Shown here in pieces: positions 21,320 to 30,292 of a stretch of 53,802 nt of DNA. The stretch spans positions 1 to 53,802 of the forward strand of contig JBFIML010000030.1 of assembly GCA_041611735.1 (NCBI GenBank). The letters run 5' to 3'. The stretch is from Myxococcota bacterium (GTDB taxonomy: Bacteria; Myxococcota_A; UBA9160; PR03). The notes beneath the pieces were generated by a model. That model was not told the DNA's origin, searched no databases, and saw only the letters and a list, made by a program, of their open reading frames with translations. The stretch's first letter is position 1, and the number at the start of each line of letters is the position of its first letter. Position numbers and translations under genes: made by a program.

Positions 21320-21822
21320 GCGGCGACGACGACGACCGGGACCGCGACGAGCGCCCGCGACGCTCCTGGCGCGAGATCGACCGCATGCGCGACCGGCCGC
21401 GCGAGCGCGCCTCGGGGCAGGGGCAGCCACGCGGCCCGGCCGCCGAGGCCCGCGCCCGCGATGCGACCCGGCAGTACCTGAAGCAGATGCAGGACGAGCT
21501 CTTCGCCGAGCACCCCGCTGGCCGCGAGGGCGAAGCCCTGGCGCGTGCCGTGCGCGACGCCCACGGGACGCCGGGCCTCGCCGACGCGTGCCGCGCCTAC
21601 CTGGAGGCGCTCGGACCACCCCGGGATGCCGGGCTGATCTCCGCCTTCCTGGACGCGCGGGACGCGGAGGTCGTGGTGACGATGCTGCGCGCCCTCGAGG
21701 ACGCGGTGGCAAACCACGGTTTCCAGGCCGGCACGGGGCTGCGCGGGCAGCTGCGCATGCTCGCCGACGGGCTCGACGACGCGGCGGCCGAGGCGGCCGA
21801 GGCGGTGCTGGCGCGGCTGTGA
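21316..21822 (+). CDS. Hypothetical protein
   Basis: GTGA overlap with the upstream gene; RRSWREIDRMRD N-terminal motif; helical composition. Confidence 0.7.
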   Translation: MSGDDDDRDRDERPRRSWREIDRMRDRPRERASGQGQPRGPAAEARARDATRQYLKQMQDELFAEHPAGREGEALARAVRDAHGTPGLADACRAYLEALGPPRDAGLISAFLDARDAEVVVTMLRALEDAVANHGFQAGTGLRGQLRMLADGLDDAAAEAAEAVLARL

Positions 21823-21858
21823 GCGGACGTCGCACCATCCCTATTCTACACTTCCCGC

Positions 21859-22290
21859 ATGGCTCAGGAAATCGAGCGGGAGACCCTGGCCCGGTACCTG
21901 GAAGAGCACAATCTCAAGCGCACCCGGCAGCGCGAGGCGATCCTCGAGGTATTCCTGAAGATCACGGGTCACATCACGAGCGACGAGCTTCACCAGCGGG
22001 TCCGGGACCGCCACCCCCACATCGGGTACACCACCGTCTACCGCACCATGAAGATCCTGTGCGATGCCGGCCTGGCCAGCGAGCGGCACTTCGACGACGG
22101 CCTCACTCGCTACGAGATCCGTCACGAGCATCACGACCATCTGGTGTGCGTGCGGTGCGGCAAGATCGTCGAGTTCGAGTGCCAGATGATCGAGTCTGCC
22201 CAGGACCGCATCGCCAGCGAGTACGGTTTCCGCCTGCTGCGCCACCGGCACGAGCTGTACGGGCACTGCTCCCGCTGCCGCGACGAGTGA
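21859..22290 (+). CDS. fur: Ferric uptake regulator family transcriptional repressor
   Basis: T.QRE.IL, HITSDEL, TTVYRTM, HEHHDHLVCVRCGKIVEF, C-terminal CSRC. Confidence 0.9.
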   Translation: MAQEIERETLARYLEEHNLKRTRQREAILEVFLKITGHITSDELHQRVRDRHPHIGYTTVYRTMKILCDAGLASERHFDDGLTRYEIRHEHHDHLVCVRCGKIVEFECQMIESAQDRIASEYGFRLLRHRHELYGHCSRCRDE

Positions 22291-23924
22291 CGGGACGCCG
22301 GCTCGCCGGGCTGGCGGCCCTGGCGGCCCTGCTGGGCGCCGCCGGCGCCGCCGGCGCCGCCGCCCAGGCGCCGCCGCGCCTCGTCCTGCTCCTGGTGGTC
22401 GACCAGCTCCGCCCCGAGGCGCTGGACCCGGCCCGCCCGGGGGGCCTCGGACGCCTGGCCCGCGAGGGACGGGTGTTCGTCGACGCCTTGCTGGACCACG
22501 CCGCCACCGAGACGTGCCCCGGCCACGCGGCCATCGCCACCGGGCGGCACCCGGGACGGGTGGGCATCCCCGGCAACCAGTGGGTGGATGCGGCCCGGGG
22601 CGCGCTCGTGTGGTGCGTGGAGGATCCGGCGGCGGACGCGCACACCTTCGGCACCCGCCTGGGACGCTCACCCCGGCTGCTGCGCACCGACGCCCTCGGC
22701 GACTGGCTGCGGGCCGCCCGGCCGGAGAGCCGCGTCCACGCCGTCTCCGGCAAGGACCGCGGCGCGATCCCCCTGGGCGGCCGCCGGCCCGCTGGCGCGT
22801 TCTGGCTCGAGCCCGAAGCCCTGGGCTTCACGACGAGCCGCTACTACGCGGCGCGTCTGCCCGCATGGCTCGAGCGCTTCAACGCCGTGGCGTTGTGGGA
22901 GGGCCTGCCGGCGCGCTGGCAGCACGCGGACGGCTCGTCTGCAAACGGTGCCCGGCCGGACGACAGCCCGGGCGAAGCGCCGCTCTTCGGGCGCACCAGC
23001 GGACATCCCGTGCTCGGGCTCGATCGCAGGCAGACGCTCGAGACGCTGTCCTTCACGCCCTTCCTGGACCGGGCAACCCTCGACCTGGCGCGGGTGCTGG
23101 TGGCCGAGGAAGCGCTCGGGGCCGATGCGACGCCGGACCTGCTGGCGCTCTCCCTCTCGGCCACGGATCGCGTCGGCCACCTCTACGGGCCGGGAAGCCA
23201 GGAGGTGCACGACCTGCTGCAGCGTCTCGACGCCTGGCTCGGCGAGCTGCTCGAGTTCCTGGAGGCGCGCACCGCAGGGGGCGGGCTGCTGGTGGCGCTC
23301 ACCTCGGACCACGGCGTCCTCGAGCTGCCCGAGTGGGGGGCCGCCACCGGGGGTGGCGAATGCCCGGTGCCCGGGGGCCGCGTGGACGCCCGGGCCCTCG
23401 GGGCCCGGCTCGAGCAGCGCCTGGCCGAGCGCTTCGGCGAGCCCGGCCTGAAGCACGCGACGTGGATGCTGCAGGCGGGCTTCGAGCTCTCGGTGAACCG
23501 GCCCCTCGCCGCCGCGCGCGGCGTCGATGCAGCGCGAGTGGCGCAGGCGGCGGGCGAGATCCTGACGGCGGAGCCTGGTGTCGCGCGCACCTGGAGCGTG
23601 GAGGAGCGGCGCGCGGGCCGCGGACCCACGCCCTTCGCGCCGCTCTACCAGCGAGCCTTCGACCCGGAGCGCTCCGGCGACCTGGCGGTGCAGCCGGTGC
23701 GCGACTGCCTGCTGTCGCCCTTTCCGACCGGTACCTCCCACGGCTCGCCCTATCTCTACGATCGGGAGATTCCCCTGGTCTTCTGGGGCGCCGGCGTCCG
23801 GCCGGGCCGGGTGCGCGGCCGGGCCTCCGCCGTGGACGTGGCGCCCACCCTGGCGGCGCGGCTCGCCGTGCCCGCGCCCCCGGACTTGGACGGGCGCGTC
23901 CTCGACCTGGGCGCGCACCCCTGA
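22287..23924 (+). CDS. Alkaline phosphatase superfamily protein (PafA-like)
   Basis: Signal peptide, VVDQLR, TETCPGHAAIATG, SGKDRGAI, SATDRVGHLYGP, TSDHG, TSHGSPYLYD. Confidence 0.88.
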   Translation: MTGRRLAGLAALAALLGAAGAAGAAAQAPPRLVLLLVVDQLRPEALDPARPGGLGRLAREGRVFVDALLDHAATETCPGHAAIATGRHPGRVGIPGNQWVDAARGALVWCVEDPAADAHTFGTRLGRSPRLLRTDALGDWLRAARPESRVHAVSGKDRGAIPLGGRRPAGAFWLEPEALGFTTSRYYAARLPAWLERFNAVALWEGLPARWQHADGSSANGARPDDSPGEAPLFGRTSGHPVLGLDRRQTLETLSFTPFLDRATLDLARVLVAEEALGADATPDLLALSLSATDRVGHLYGPGSQEVHDLLQRLDAWLGELLEFLEARTAGGGLLVALTSDHGVLELPEWGAATGGGECPVPGGRVDARALGARLEQRLAERFGEPGLKHATWMLQAGFELSVNRPLAAARGVDAARVAQAAGEILTAEPGVARTWSVEERRAGRGPTPFAPLYQRAFDPERSGDLAVQPVRDCLLSPFPTGTSHGSPYLYDREIPLVFWGAGVRPGRVRGRASAVDVAPTLAARLAVPAPPDLDGRVLDLGAHP

Positions 23925-23966
23925 CCGGCGCCCGGGCCCTCGCCACGCCGGCCCCGGGTCAGGCTC

Positions 23967-24542
23967 CTACGCGAACTGCCCGGCCAGCCCCCGCAGCACC
24001 AGGCCGACCAGCAGATACGCCACCACCGCCACCGCGCTCACGAAGAAGGCGCGGCCGGTGTCCACGTCCAGGGCCTGGCGCACCGCCCGGATGAAGGCGA
24101 CCAGCGTCATGGCCAGCACGGCGACGCCCAGGATCGCCTGCAGCACCAGCACCGGGATCAGGGCGAGCACCAGCAGGATCTGGGGGGCGAACACGAAGCC
24201 GAGCGTCCGCAGCAGCTCCTCGAAATCCGAGGTGTGCCCGAACATCCGCACGCCGATCAGCCACACCACGGCGGTCCAGGCCAGCCAGCCCACGAAGCAG
24301 CCCACGAGGCCCGCCACCATGCCCTCGGCGCCGAGCGTTCCGATCGCGGCGATGGCGTTTGCAATCCCGGCCAGGCCGACCACGCCGGCCGCCTGGCCGA
24401 TGGCGTCCTTGTCGTGCTCCACCTCCTCGTACACGGTCGCGTCGAGCTTCAGGGCTCCGACGAGCCGCTCCACGAAGGTGCGCGGGCCCGGCGCTCCTCC
24501 CGCCTCGCCCCCCGCTCCGGCGCCATAGCTCTGCTGCGTCAT
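23967..24542 (-). CDS. YIP1-family membrane protein
   Basis: GALKLD..VYEEVEHD..A..QA, LLRTLGF, AVRQALD; about 5 TM segments; SD AAGGAGG. Confidence 0.8.
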   Translation of the reverse strand: MTQQSYGAGAGGEAGGAPGPRTFVERLVGALKLDATVYEEVEHDKDAIGQAAGVVGLAGIANAIAAIGTLGAEGMVAGLVGCFVGWLAWTAVVWLIGVRMFGHTSDFEELLRTLGFVFAPQILLVLALIPVLVLQAILGVAVLAMTLVAFIRAVRQALDVDTGRAFFVSAVAVVAYLLVGLVLRGLAGQFA

Positions 24543-24697
24543 GCTCTGCCTCCTTTACGGCTCGGGCCCAGGTCGTCGCGCTCCTGACCACCTGCCCCCC
24601 GGCAGCCAGAGGGATTCCAGCATCGCCCAGGAGCCTTCTAGAGTCGAGGGGATAGAGGCCGTTGCTGCCGGCAGGGCGAGGGGCCGCCGGAGCTGCG

Positions 24698-24727
24698 TTG
24701 ACAGACCGGGCCGCGGTCGTTTAGGCT
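24698..24727 (+). promoter_or_regulatory. Sigma-70-type promoter
   Basis: Perfect -35 TTGACA (24698-24703), 18-nt spacer, -10 TAGGCT (24722-24727). Confidence 0.7.
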
Positions 24728-24733
24728 CCAATC

Positions 24734-24752
24734 GAAATTGAATTTCAATTTC
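24734..24752. promoter_or_regulatory. Fur-box-like operator
   Basis: Perfect 9-1-9 palindrome GAAATTGAA-T-TTCAATTTC, 12/19 match to GATAATGATAATCATTATC. AT-rich island at the predicted +1, with fur 2.5 kb upstream. Confidence 0.8.
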
Positions 24753-24791
24753 TGGAGCCGTGCGGCCCCGGACGTCGGAAGGCCCTCCCCC

Positions 24792-24986
24792 ATGCGCGAC
24801 GCAGCTTGCGCCCCCGCCCGCCCGCCGCGCCCTCCCGCCGCCGGCGACTGCCGCTGCCTGTGCGGCAACCTCCTGGCCCGCATCGTGCCGGGCGGTGTCG
24901 AGCTGCGCTGCCGGCGCTGCAAGCGACACGTGGTAGTTCCCTGGGAGGGTTCCGAGCCCCCGCTCGGCGCCGGAGCCCTGCCTTGA
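24792..24986 (+). CDS. Small Com-like (phage Mu) zinc-ribbon protein
   Basis: DCRCLCGNLLARIVPGGVELRCRRCKR fits the Com-type RC..C.KLLA...IKCPRC pattern; 64 aa. Confidence 0.65.
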   Translation: MRDAACAPARPPRPPAAGDCRCLCGNLLARIVPGGVELRCRRCKRHVVVPWEGSEPPLGAGALP

Positions 24987-25056
24987 ACCCCGTCCGATTC
25001 CTGAGGCCAGAGGACGCGATCCCCGAGCCCCACCGCCGCGAGGCAGGGAGGTGGCG

Positions 25057-26421
25057 ATGGCTCGGGCCACGCACGCTGGAGTCCTGGTCGGATTGCTGAT
25101 GCTCACCGGAGCGCCCGTCGGCGCGCAGTCGGATGCGGACCTCGCCCGGGAGGACCGCATCTCGGATCTCGAGCGCAAGGTCGAGATTTTGACCGAGGAG
25201 CTCGAACGGGTGCGCTCCGAGGCGGCTGTGCCCAGCGAGCCGAGCGGGTATTCGGCCCGCTACGGCTATGCGCCCGCCGCCTCGAAGGTGTACGGTCTGA
25301 CCCGCGGGCTCTCCCTCGGCGGCTACGGCGAGGGTTACTACACCAACTTCCTGCACGACGACGGAGCCGGTGCCGACCCGGATCGCACCGAGAAGGGACC
25401 CGCGCTCGCTGCCAGCGAGGCCCTGGACCAGACCGACCTGCTCCGCCTCGTCCTCTACGTGGGCTACAAGTTCAGCGAGAACATCGTCTTCAACTCGGAG
25501 ATCGAGTTCGAGCACGCCAGGACCGGCGGCGCCAGCGCGAGCGCCGGCGAGGGCAGCGTCTCGGTGGAGCTGGCCGCCCTCGACTTCTTCCTGCACGACG
25601 CCGTGAACGCCCGCGCCGGGCTTCTGCTGCTGCCCATGGGCTTCCTGAACGAGATCCACGAGCCGCCCTTCTTCCACGGCGTCCAGCGGCCGGAGGTGGA
25701 GACCCGCATCATCCCGAGCACCTGGCGGGAGAACGGGGCAGGCGTCTTCGGGCACCTGGGAGAGGACCTCGAGTACCGGGCCTACGTGGTGAACGGCTTC
25801 GCCGGCTCGCTCTTCACCGACCGGGGCGTGCGGGACGGGCGCCAGAACGGCAACCGCGCCTTCGCCGAGGACCTCGGCTTCGTGGCGCGCCTGGACTGGA
25901 CGCCGACGCCCGGATGGCTGCTCGGCGGATCCGTGTACACGGGAAAGTCCGGCCAGGACCTGGAGACCCCGGCGGGCGTCCGGCTGCCCGGCGCCCGCTT
26001 CACCTTGTGGGAGCTGCACGGCCAGTATCGCCGGGGCGGCCTCGAGACCCGGGCGCTGTTCAGCCTGGGCCGGCTTGCCAACGCCGACGACCTGAACCTC
26101 GCCCTCGCTCGTCCTGCCGACGCGCCCATCGCCGAGCGCATGCTGGGCGGCTACCTGGAGCTGGCCTACGACGTCTGGCCGTGGCTGTTCGAGTCGGAGA
26201 AGTACCTGGCGCCCTTCCTGCGCGTCGAGTACGTGGACACCCAGGACGAGGTGCCCGGCGGCTTCACCGCGAACCGCAACCGCGCCTTCTGGCTCGCCAC
26301 CACGGGACTCTCCTTCAAGCCGCATCCGAACGTGGTGCTGAAGGCCGAGTACCGCAACTTCCAGGCCCGCTCCGGCGACATCCCCGACGAGCTGAGCGTG
26401 GGCATGGGCTTTGCCTTCTAG
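25057..26421 (+). CDS. Outer-membrane beta-barrel porin (OprO/P-like)
   Basis: Signal peptide, short coiled coil, GGYGE, FNSEIEFEH, NEIHEPP.F.GV.RP, IIPSTWRE, C-terminal Phe (GFAF). Confidence 0.8.
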   Translation: MARATHAGVLVGLLMLTGAPVGAQSDADLAREDRISDLERKVEILTEELERVRSEAAVPSEPSGYSARYGYAPAASKVYGLTRGLSLGGYGEGYYTNFLHDDGAGADPDRTEKGPALAASEALDQTDLLRLVLYVGYKFSENIVFNSEIEFEHARTGGASASAGEGSVSVELAALDFFLHDAVNARAGLLLLPMGFLNEIHEPPFFHGVQRPEVETRIIPSTWRENGAGVFGHLGEDLEYRAYVVNGFAGSLFTDRGVRDGRQNGNRAFAEDLGFVARLDWTPTPGWLLGGSVYTGKSGQDLETPAGVRLPGARFTLWELHGQYRRGGLETRALFSLGRLANADDLNLALARPADAPIAERMLGGYLELAYDVWPWLFESEKYLAPFLRVEYVDTQDEVPGGFTANRNRAFWLATTGLSFKPHPNVVLKAEYRNFQARSGDIPDELSVGMGFAF

Positions 26422-26962
26422 GCGCATCGGCGCAGCGCTCCTGGCCCTGGTGCTCGCAGGCGGGCTGGCCCCGTCGGCCCGCGCCAAGGTGTTCGCGAGC
26501 CGGGAGGAGGCCTTGGCCGCCGCCTTTCCCCAGGCGGAGCGGGTGGAGGCCGAGCACCACTTCCTCAGCGAGGCGCAGAAAGCGGAGGTGGAGCGGATCG
26601 CCCGCGCGCCGCTGGACTCGCGCCTGGTGACCGTCCACGTGGGCCGCCGCGGGGACGCGGTGCTGGGCTACGCCTTCCTGGACCTCCACACGGTGCGGAC
26701 GCTCCCGGAGGCGCTGCTCGTGGTGCTCGCCCCCGATGGCTCCGTACGCAGCCTGCGGGTGCTCGCCTTCCACGAGCCGCCCGAGTACCTGCCGCCCCCG
26801 CGCTGGCTCCAGCAGTTCGAGGGCCGGTCCGCGGATGCGCGCCTGCGCCTCCAGCGCGAGGTGCACGGCATCGCGGGGTCCACGCTGTCGGCCCAGGCGG
26901 TGACCCGGGCGGTGCGGCGGGTGTTGGCTCTCTACCAGGTGGTGGTGGCGGGCGGCGAGTGA
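26411..26962 (+). CDS. Exported FMN-binding (flavinylation target) protein
   Basis: Signal peptide, LAFHEPPEY, WLQQFEG, VHGIAGSTLSAQAV (variant of the SGAT flavinylation motif). Confidence 0.8.
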   Translation: MPSRRIGAALLALVLAGGLAPSARAKVFASREEALAAAFPQAERVEAEHHFLSEAQKAEVERIARAPLDSRLVTVHVGRRGDAVLGYAFLDLHTVRTLPEALLVVLAPDGSVRSLRVLAFHEPPEYLPPPRWLQQFEGRSADARLRLQREVHGIAGSTLSAQAVTRAVRRVLALYQVVVAGGE

Positions 26963-26969
26963 GGCCAGC

Positions 26970-27503
26970 GTGCGCTTCATCGTGACCGGGGAGTGGAGCC
27001 GGAATCGGCTGCTGCAGGGGATCGTCCTGCTCTACCTCGTCTTCGTGGTGGCGCTCTGGTGGACCAACGTGGGGCTCTACTTCGGCAAGATGGGGCTCAC
27101 CTATGCGTCGGTGGTGGAGTACTACCTCGGCTCGGAGGAGCGCTTCCTCACGCCGCGCAGCGCCCAGGCCATGCTCGAGATCGCCCACTTCCATCTCTTC
27201 GCCATGGGCCTGCTCCTGCTGGTGCTGACCCACGTGATGCTCTTCGTCCCGGTCGCCAACGCCACCAAGCTCGGGCTGATCGTCGTTCCCTTCGCGGCGG
27301 CGCTGCTCGACGAGGGCGCCGGCTGGGGGGTCCGTTTCCTGCACCCGGCCTTCGCGTGGGCCAAGATCGCGGGCTTCCTGCTGCTCCAGGCGAGTCTGGC
27401 GGTGCTGGTGGGGGTGTCCCTCTGGGCCATCTTCCGGGGCAGCGCCGAGGAATATCGCAGCGGCGAGCCGGACGTCCCCGGGCAGGAGGACCCGCGCGGG
27501 TGA
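26970..27503 (+). CDS. 4-TM inner-membrane protein with His residues (possible cytochrome b-like)
   Basis: Hydrophobic segments; YYLGSEE.F..P; LEIAHFHLFAM; LTH. Sits between the FMN-binding gene and apbE. Confidence 0.7.
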   Translation: MRFIVTGEWSRNRLLQGIVLLYLVFVVALWWTNVGLYFGKMGLTYASVVEYYLGSEERFLTPRSAQAMLEIAHFHLFAMGLLLLVLTHVMLFVPVANATKLGLIVVPFAAALLDEGAGWGVRFLHPAFAWAKIAGFLLLQASLAVLVGVSLWAIFRGSAEEYRSGEPDVPGQEDPRG

Positions 27504-28561
27504 GGGCGCGGGTGCGCCTCGCGGCGCTGCTTCTCGGGGCGGGGCTGGCGCCCGTCCCGGCCCTGGCCGGGCCGGCGGCGAGTGACGGCCGCTACGTCAT
27601 GGGCACGGTGCTCGAGATCACCCTGGCCGACGCGCCGGATGCGAGCGCGGCCCGCCGCACCCTCGACGTGGTCTTCGCCCGGGCCTCGCGTCTCGACGCC
27701 CTCTTGAGCCGCCAGCGCCCCGACAGCGCTCTGGCCCGGCTCAACCGCCACGCGGGCGCCGGACCCCAGGCGGTCGATCCGCACCTGGCGCGCCTGCTGG
27801 CCGAGTCGATCGCGTGGTCGCGGGCCACGGCCGGGAGCTTCGACGTGACCGTGGGGCCGCTGGTTCGGCTATGGGAGGAGGCCGCCCGCCGCGGCGCGCC
27901 GCCGACGCCGGCGGAGCTGGCCGGGGCCCGGGCGCTGGTCGGGGCGGACGGGCTCGACGCGGCCCCGCCGCGCCGGGCCGAGATCCGCCGGCCCGGGGCC
28001 TGCGTGGACCTGGGCGGGATCGCCAAGGGCTATGCCCTCGATCGCCTGGCCGAGCAGCTGCGGGCGGCGGGCCACGGGCGGGCGCTGCTCTCCTTCGGCC
28101 AGAGCAGCGTGTGGGCGCTCGGGGCGCCGCCCGACGCCGAGGGCTGGCGCCTGCTCGTGCGCGATGGTGCCGACGGCTACGCGGGCCTGGTGACCCTGCG
28201 CGACCAGGCGCTGGCGGTCTCCGGCAGCCTCGGCCAGTGGAGCGAGATCGCGGGACGTCGCTACGGACACGTGATCGATCCACGCACCGGGCTCCCGCTC
28301 GTGCGGCGTGCCCAGGCGGTGGTGGTCGCCCCCCGCGCGTCCGGAGCGGAGGCGCTGGCCAAGGCGCTGCTCATCCTGCCCGCCGCGGAGGCGCTCGGTC
28401 TGCTGGAGGCGCAGCCCGGCGTGGAGGCGCTTCTGCTCGCCGAGGGGCGCCGCTGGGAGACCTCCGGCTGGCGCGCCGCTACGCGCTTCGAGGCCGTGGC
28501 CGCGCCGCCGCCTCAAGCCCCCTCTTCCACCCAGGCCTCGAGATCCTCCGGGAGCTCGTAG
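27500..28561 (+). CDS. apbE: FAD:protein FMN transferase
   Basis: MGTVLEI, FDVTVGPLV.LW, DLGGIAKGYALD, GHVIDPRTG.P. Confidence 0.9.
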   Translation: MRARVRLAALLLGAGLAPVPALAGPAASDGRYVMGTVLEITLADAPDASAARRTLDVVFARASRLDALLSRQRPDSALARLNRHAGAGPQAVDPHLARLLAESIAWSRATAGSFDVTVGPLVRLWEEAARRGAPPTPAELAGARALVGADGLDAAPPRRAEIRRPGACVDLGGIAKGYALDRLAEQLRAAGHGRALLSFGQSSVWALGAPPDAEGWRLLVRDGADGYAGLVTLRDQALAVSGSLGQWSEIAGRRYGHVIDPRTGLPLVRRAQAVVVAPRASGAEALAKALLILPAAEALGLLEAQPGVEALLLAEGRRWETSGWRAATRFEAVAAPPPQAPSSTQASRSSGSS

Positions 28562-29601
28562 TGGTCGTCGGCGATGCGGCCTGCGAGCGCGCCCAGATTC
28601 GCCTGGAACATCTCATCGAAGTGCGCCTCGATGCGTGGGCTGAAGAGCCCGATGGCGCGCAGCGTCGGGATCACGAAGCCGCGCACGGGACCGCGGCGAC
28701 CTCCGGTGCGCTGGAGCTCGGCGAAGATCACGTCCCGTTCGCCCTGGATCTTCTGGATCGCCTCCTGGACGTCGATCCCTGCCAGGCTCCAGATCTCGAG
28801 CACGCTGTCGCGCATCGAGACGCCGCCCCGCGAGTCCACCAGCTTGCGCGCGGATTCGAAGGCGAAGTCCTCGATCTCGGCGCGCTTGGCGTCCGAGACC
28901 GTTGGCACCACGGCCGAGAGGTACTTGATGCCGTATCCGGTGTGGCGCGCTTCGTCGCGCGAGACCAGGGTGAGGAGGTCCCGGAGCAGCGGCTCGTCGC
29001 TCTGATTGCGCATGTCCCGGAAGCTGTAGAGGGCGATCCCCTCGGTCACGACCTGCATGCCCACGGCCTTGAGCATCCAGTCGTCGGTGGCGAGGACCGC
29101 GTCCAGCAGGCCCTTCAGCGCCGGCGCGATCGGATGCACCTCGTCGAGCTTGCGGATGTAGGCCGCGAAGACCTCCACGTGACGCGCCTCGTCGAGGGTC
29201 TGGGTCGAGGCGTAGTACTTGGCGTCCATGTGCGGCACGGCGTTCACGAGCTGGGCCGCCACCATGAGCGCCCCCTGCTCGCCGTGCAGGAAGTTCGAGA
29301 GCAGGAAGGCGGCGCTACGTCGCGAGACCTCCCAGCGCGTCTCCGCGGGGAGCGAGCTCCAGAAGCGCGTCTTCTGGATCGGGAGGCCGCCCACCGAGAA
29401 GGTGCGCGAGAAGCCCTCGCGGTCGATCTCGCGGGTCCAGTCGAGGTCGCGCAGCGCGATCCACTGCCGCTCCAGGGCGTTGGCGTACAGGGTGCGGAGC
29501 TCGTCGATCTCGGGCTCGTAGTTCCAGTTGTAGACCGCATTGAGCGCGGCCCGCACGGAGTCGTTGGGGACGGGGTGCTTCGGAGAGAGTTCGGTCGCCA
29601 A
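28513..29601 (-). CDS. Ferritin-like di-iron domain protein
   Basis: FLHGEQGAL, DEARHVE, EGIAL, DEARH di-iron ligand pattern. Confidence 0.85.
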   Translation of the reverse strand: MATELSPKHPVPNDSVRAALNAVYNWNYEPEIDELRTLYANALERQWIALRDLDWTREIDREGFSRTFSVGGLPIQKTRFWSSLPAETRWEVSRRSAAFLLSNFLHGEQGALMVAAQLVNAVPHMDAKYYASTQTLDEARHVEVFAAYIRKLDEVHPIAPALKGLLDAVLATDDWMLKAVGMQVVTEGIALYSFRDMRNQSDEPLLRDLLTLVSRDEARHTGYGIKYLSAVVPTVSDAKRAEIEDFAFESARKLVDSRGGVSMRDSVLEIWSLAGIDVQEAIQKIQGERDVIFAELQRTGGRRGPVRGFVIPTLRAIGLFSPRIEAHFDEMFQANLGALAGRIADDHYELPEDLEAWVEEGA

Positions 29602-29656
29602 GTGGGGGTCTCCTCGGGCGCAACCCGGCCAGTGTATCCGAGATCGGGCGAGGCCC

Positions 29657-30289
29657 TCAGTCCTCCAGTACGAGGGCCACGGGAAGCTCGTCGCGGTCCA
29701 CGGCGGGCGGCGGGTGGTGGGCGGCGAGCATGGCGCCGCAGCGCCGCACCGCGGCCTCCAGACCGTCGGCGGGTCGCCCCTCCCGGAGCCCCGCCACGGC
29801 CAGGCGCACGATCTCCTCCCAGCTCTCGCCCGCCACCAGCGCGCGGTCGATGCCTTCGTCGGCGAGCACCACGACCCGGCGCTCGAGCAGCGTCACGAAG
29901 ACCAGGATCCCGGTCCGATGCGCGGTGCGCGCGAGTCCGTGCTCGGCGAAGGCGCGCCGGGCGCGTTCGGCCACGCGCTCCCCCACCAGCGCGGCCGGCA
30001 GGAGCCCGCGTCGCACCCGCTCCAGGCGCGCCAGCCCGTGGCCCGTCGCGAGCGCGCCGGCCTGGGCCGCCAGGTAGACCCAGGCGGGGAGCGGCGGAGC
30101 GAACAGCCAGAGTCCGACGAAGGCCAGGGCGGCCAGTGCCACCCCGAGGCGCCAGCCGACGCTTCCGTACTCGTCGCAGGCGTGCACCACCACCACGACG
30201 ATCTCGCCCGCGGTGTCGCGCTCGGCTTCGAGCACCGCACGCTCGATGCGCAGGCGGTCGGCGGGGTCGAGGAGTCGGGAGGGTCGCAC
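29657..30289 (-). CDS. TPM domain membrane protein
   Basis: I..AV..AE..TAGEIVVVV, T..RTGILVFV...ERRVVVLAD.GI, DELP. Part of the lemA operon. Confidence 0.88.
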   Translation of the reverse strand: MRPSRLLDPADRLRIERAVLEAERDTAGEIVVVVVHACDEYGSVGWRLGVALAALAFVGLWLFAPPLPAWVYLAAQAGALATGHGLARLERVRRGLLPAALVGERVAERARRAFAEHGLARTAHRTGILVFVTLLERRVVVLADEGIDRALVAGESWEEIVRLAVAGLREGRPADGLEAAVRRCGAMLAAHHPPPAVDRDELPVALVLED

Positions 30290-30292
30290 CGG

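Noticed and set aside
24792-24986. Com-like gene as evidence of a Mu-like prophage
   Set aside because: No mom/methylase or phage structural genes are nearby; the flanks are cellular genes.
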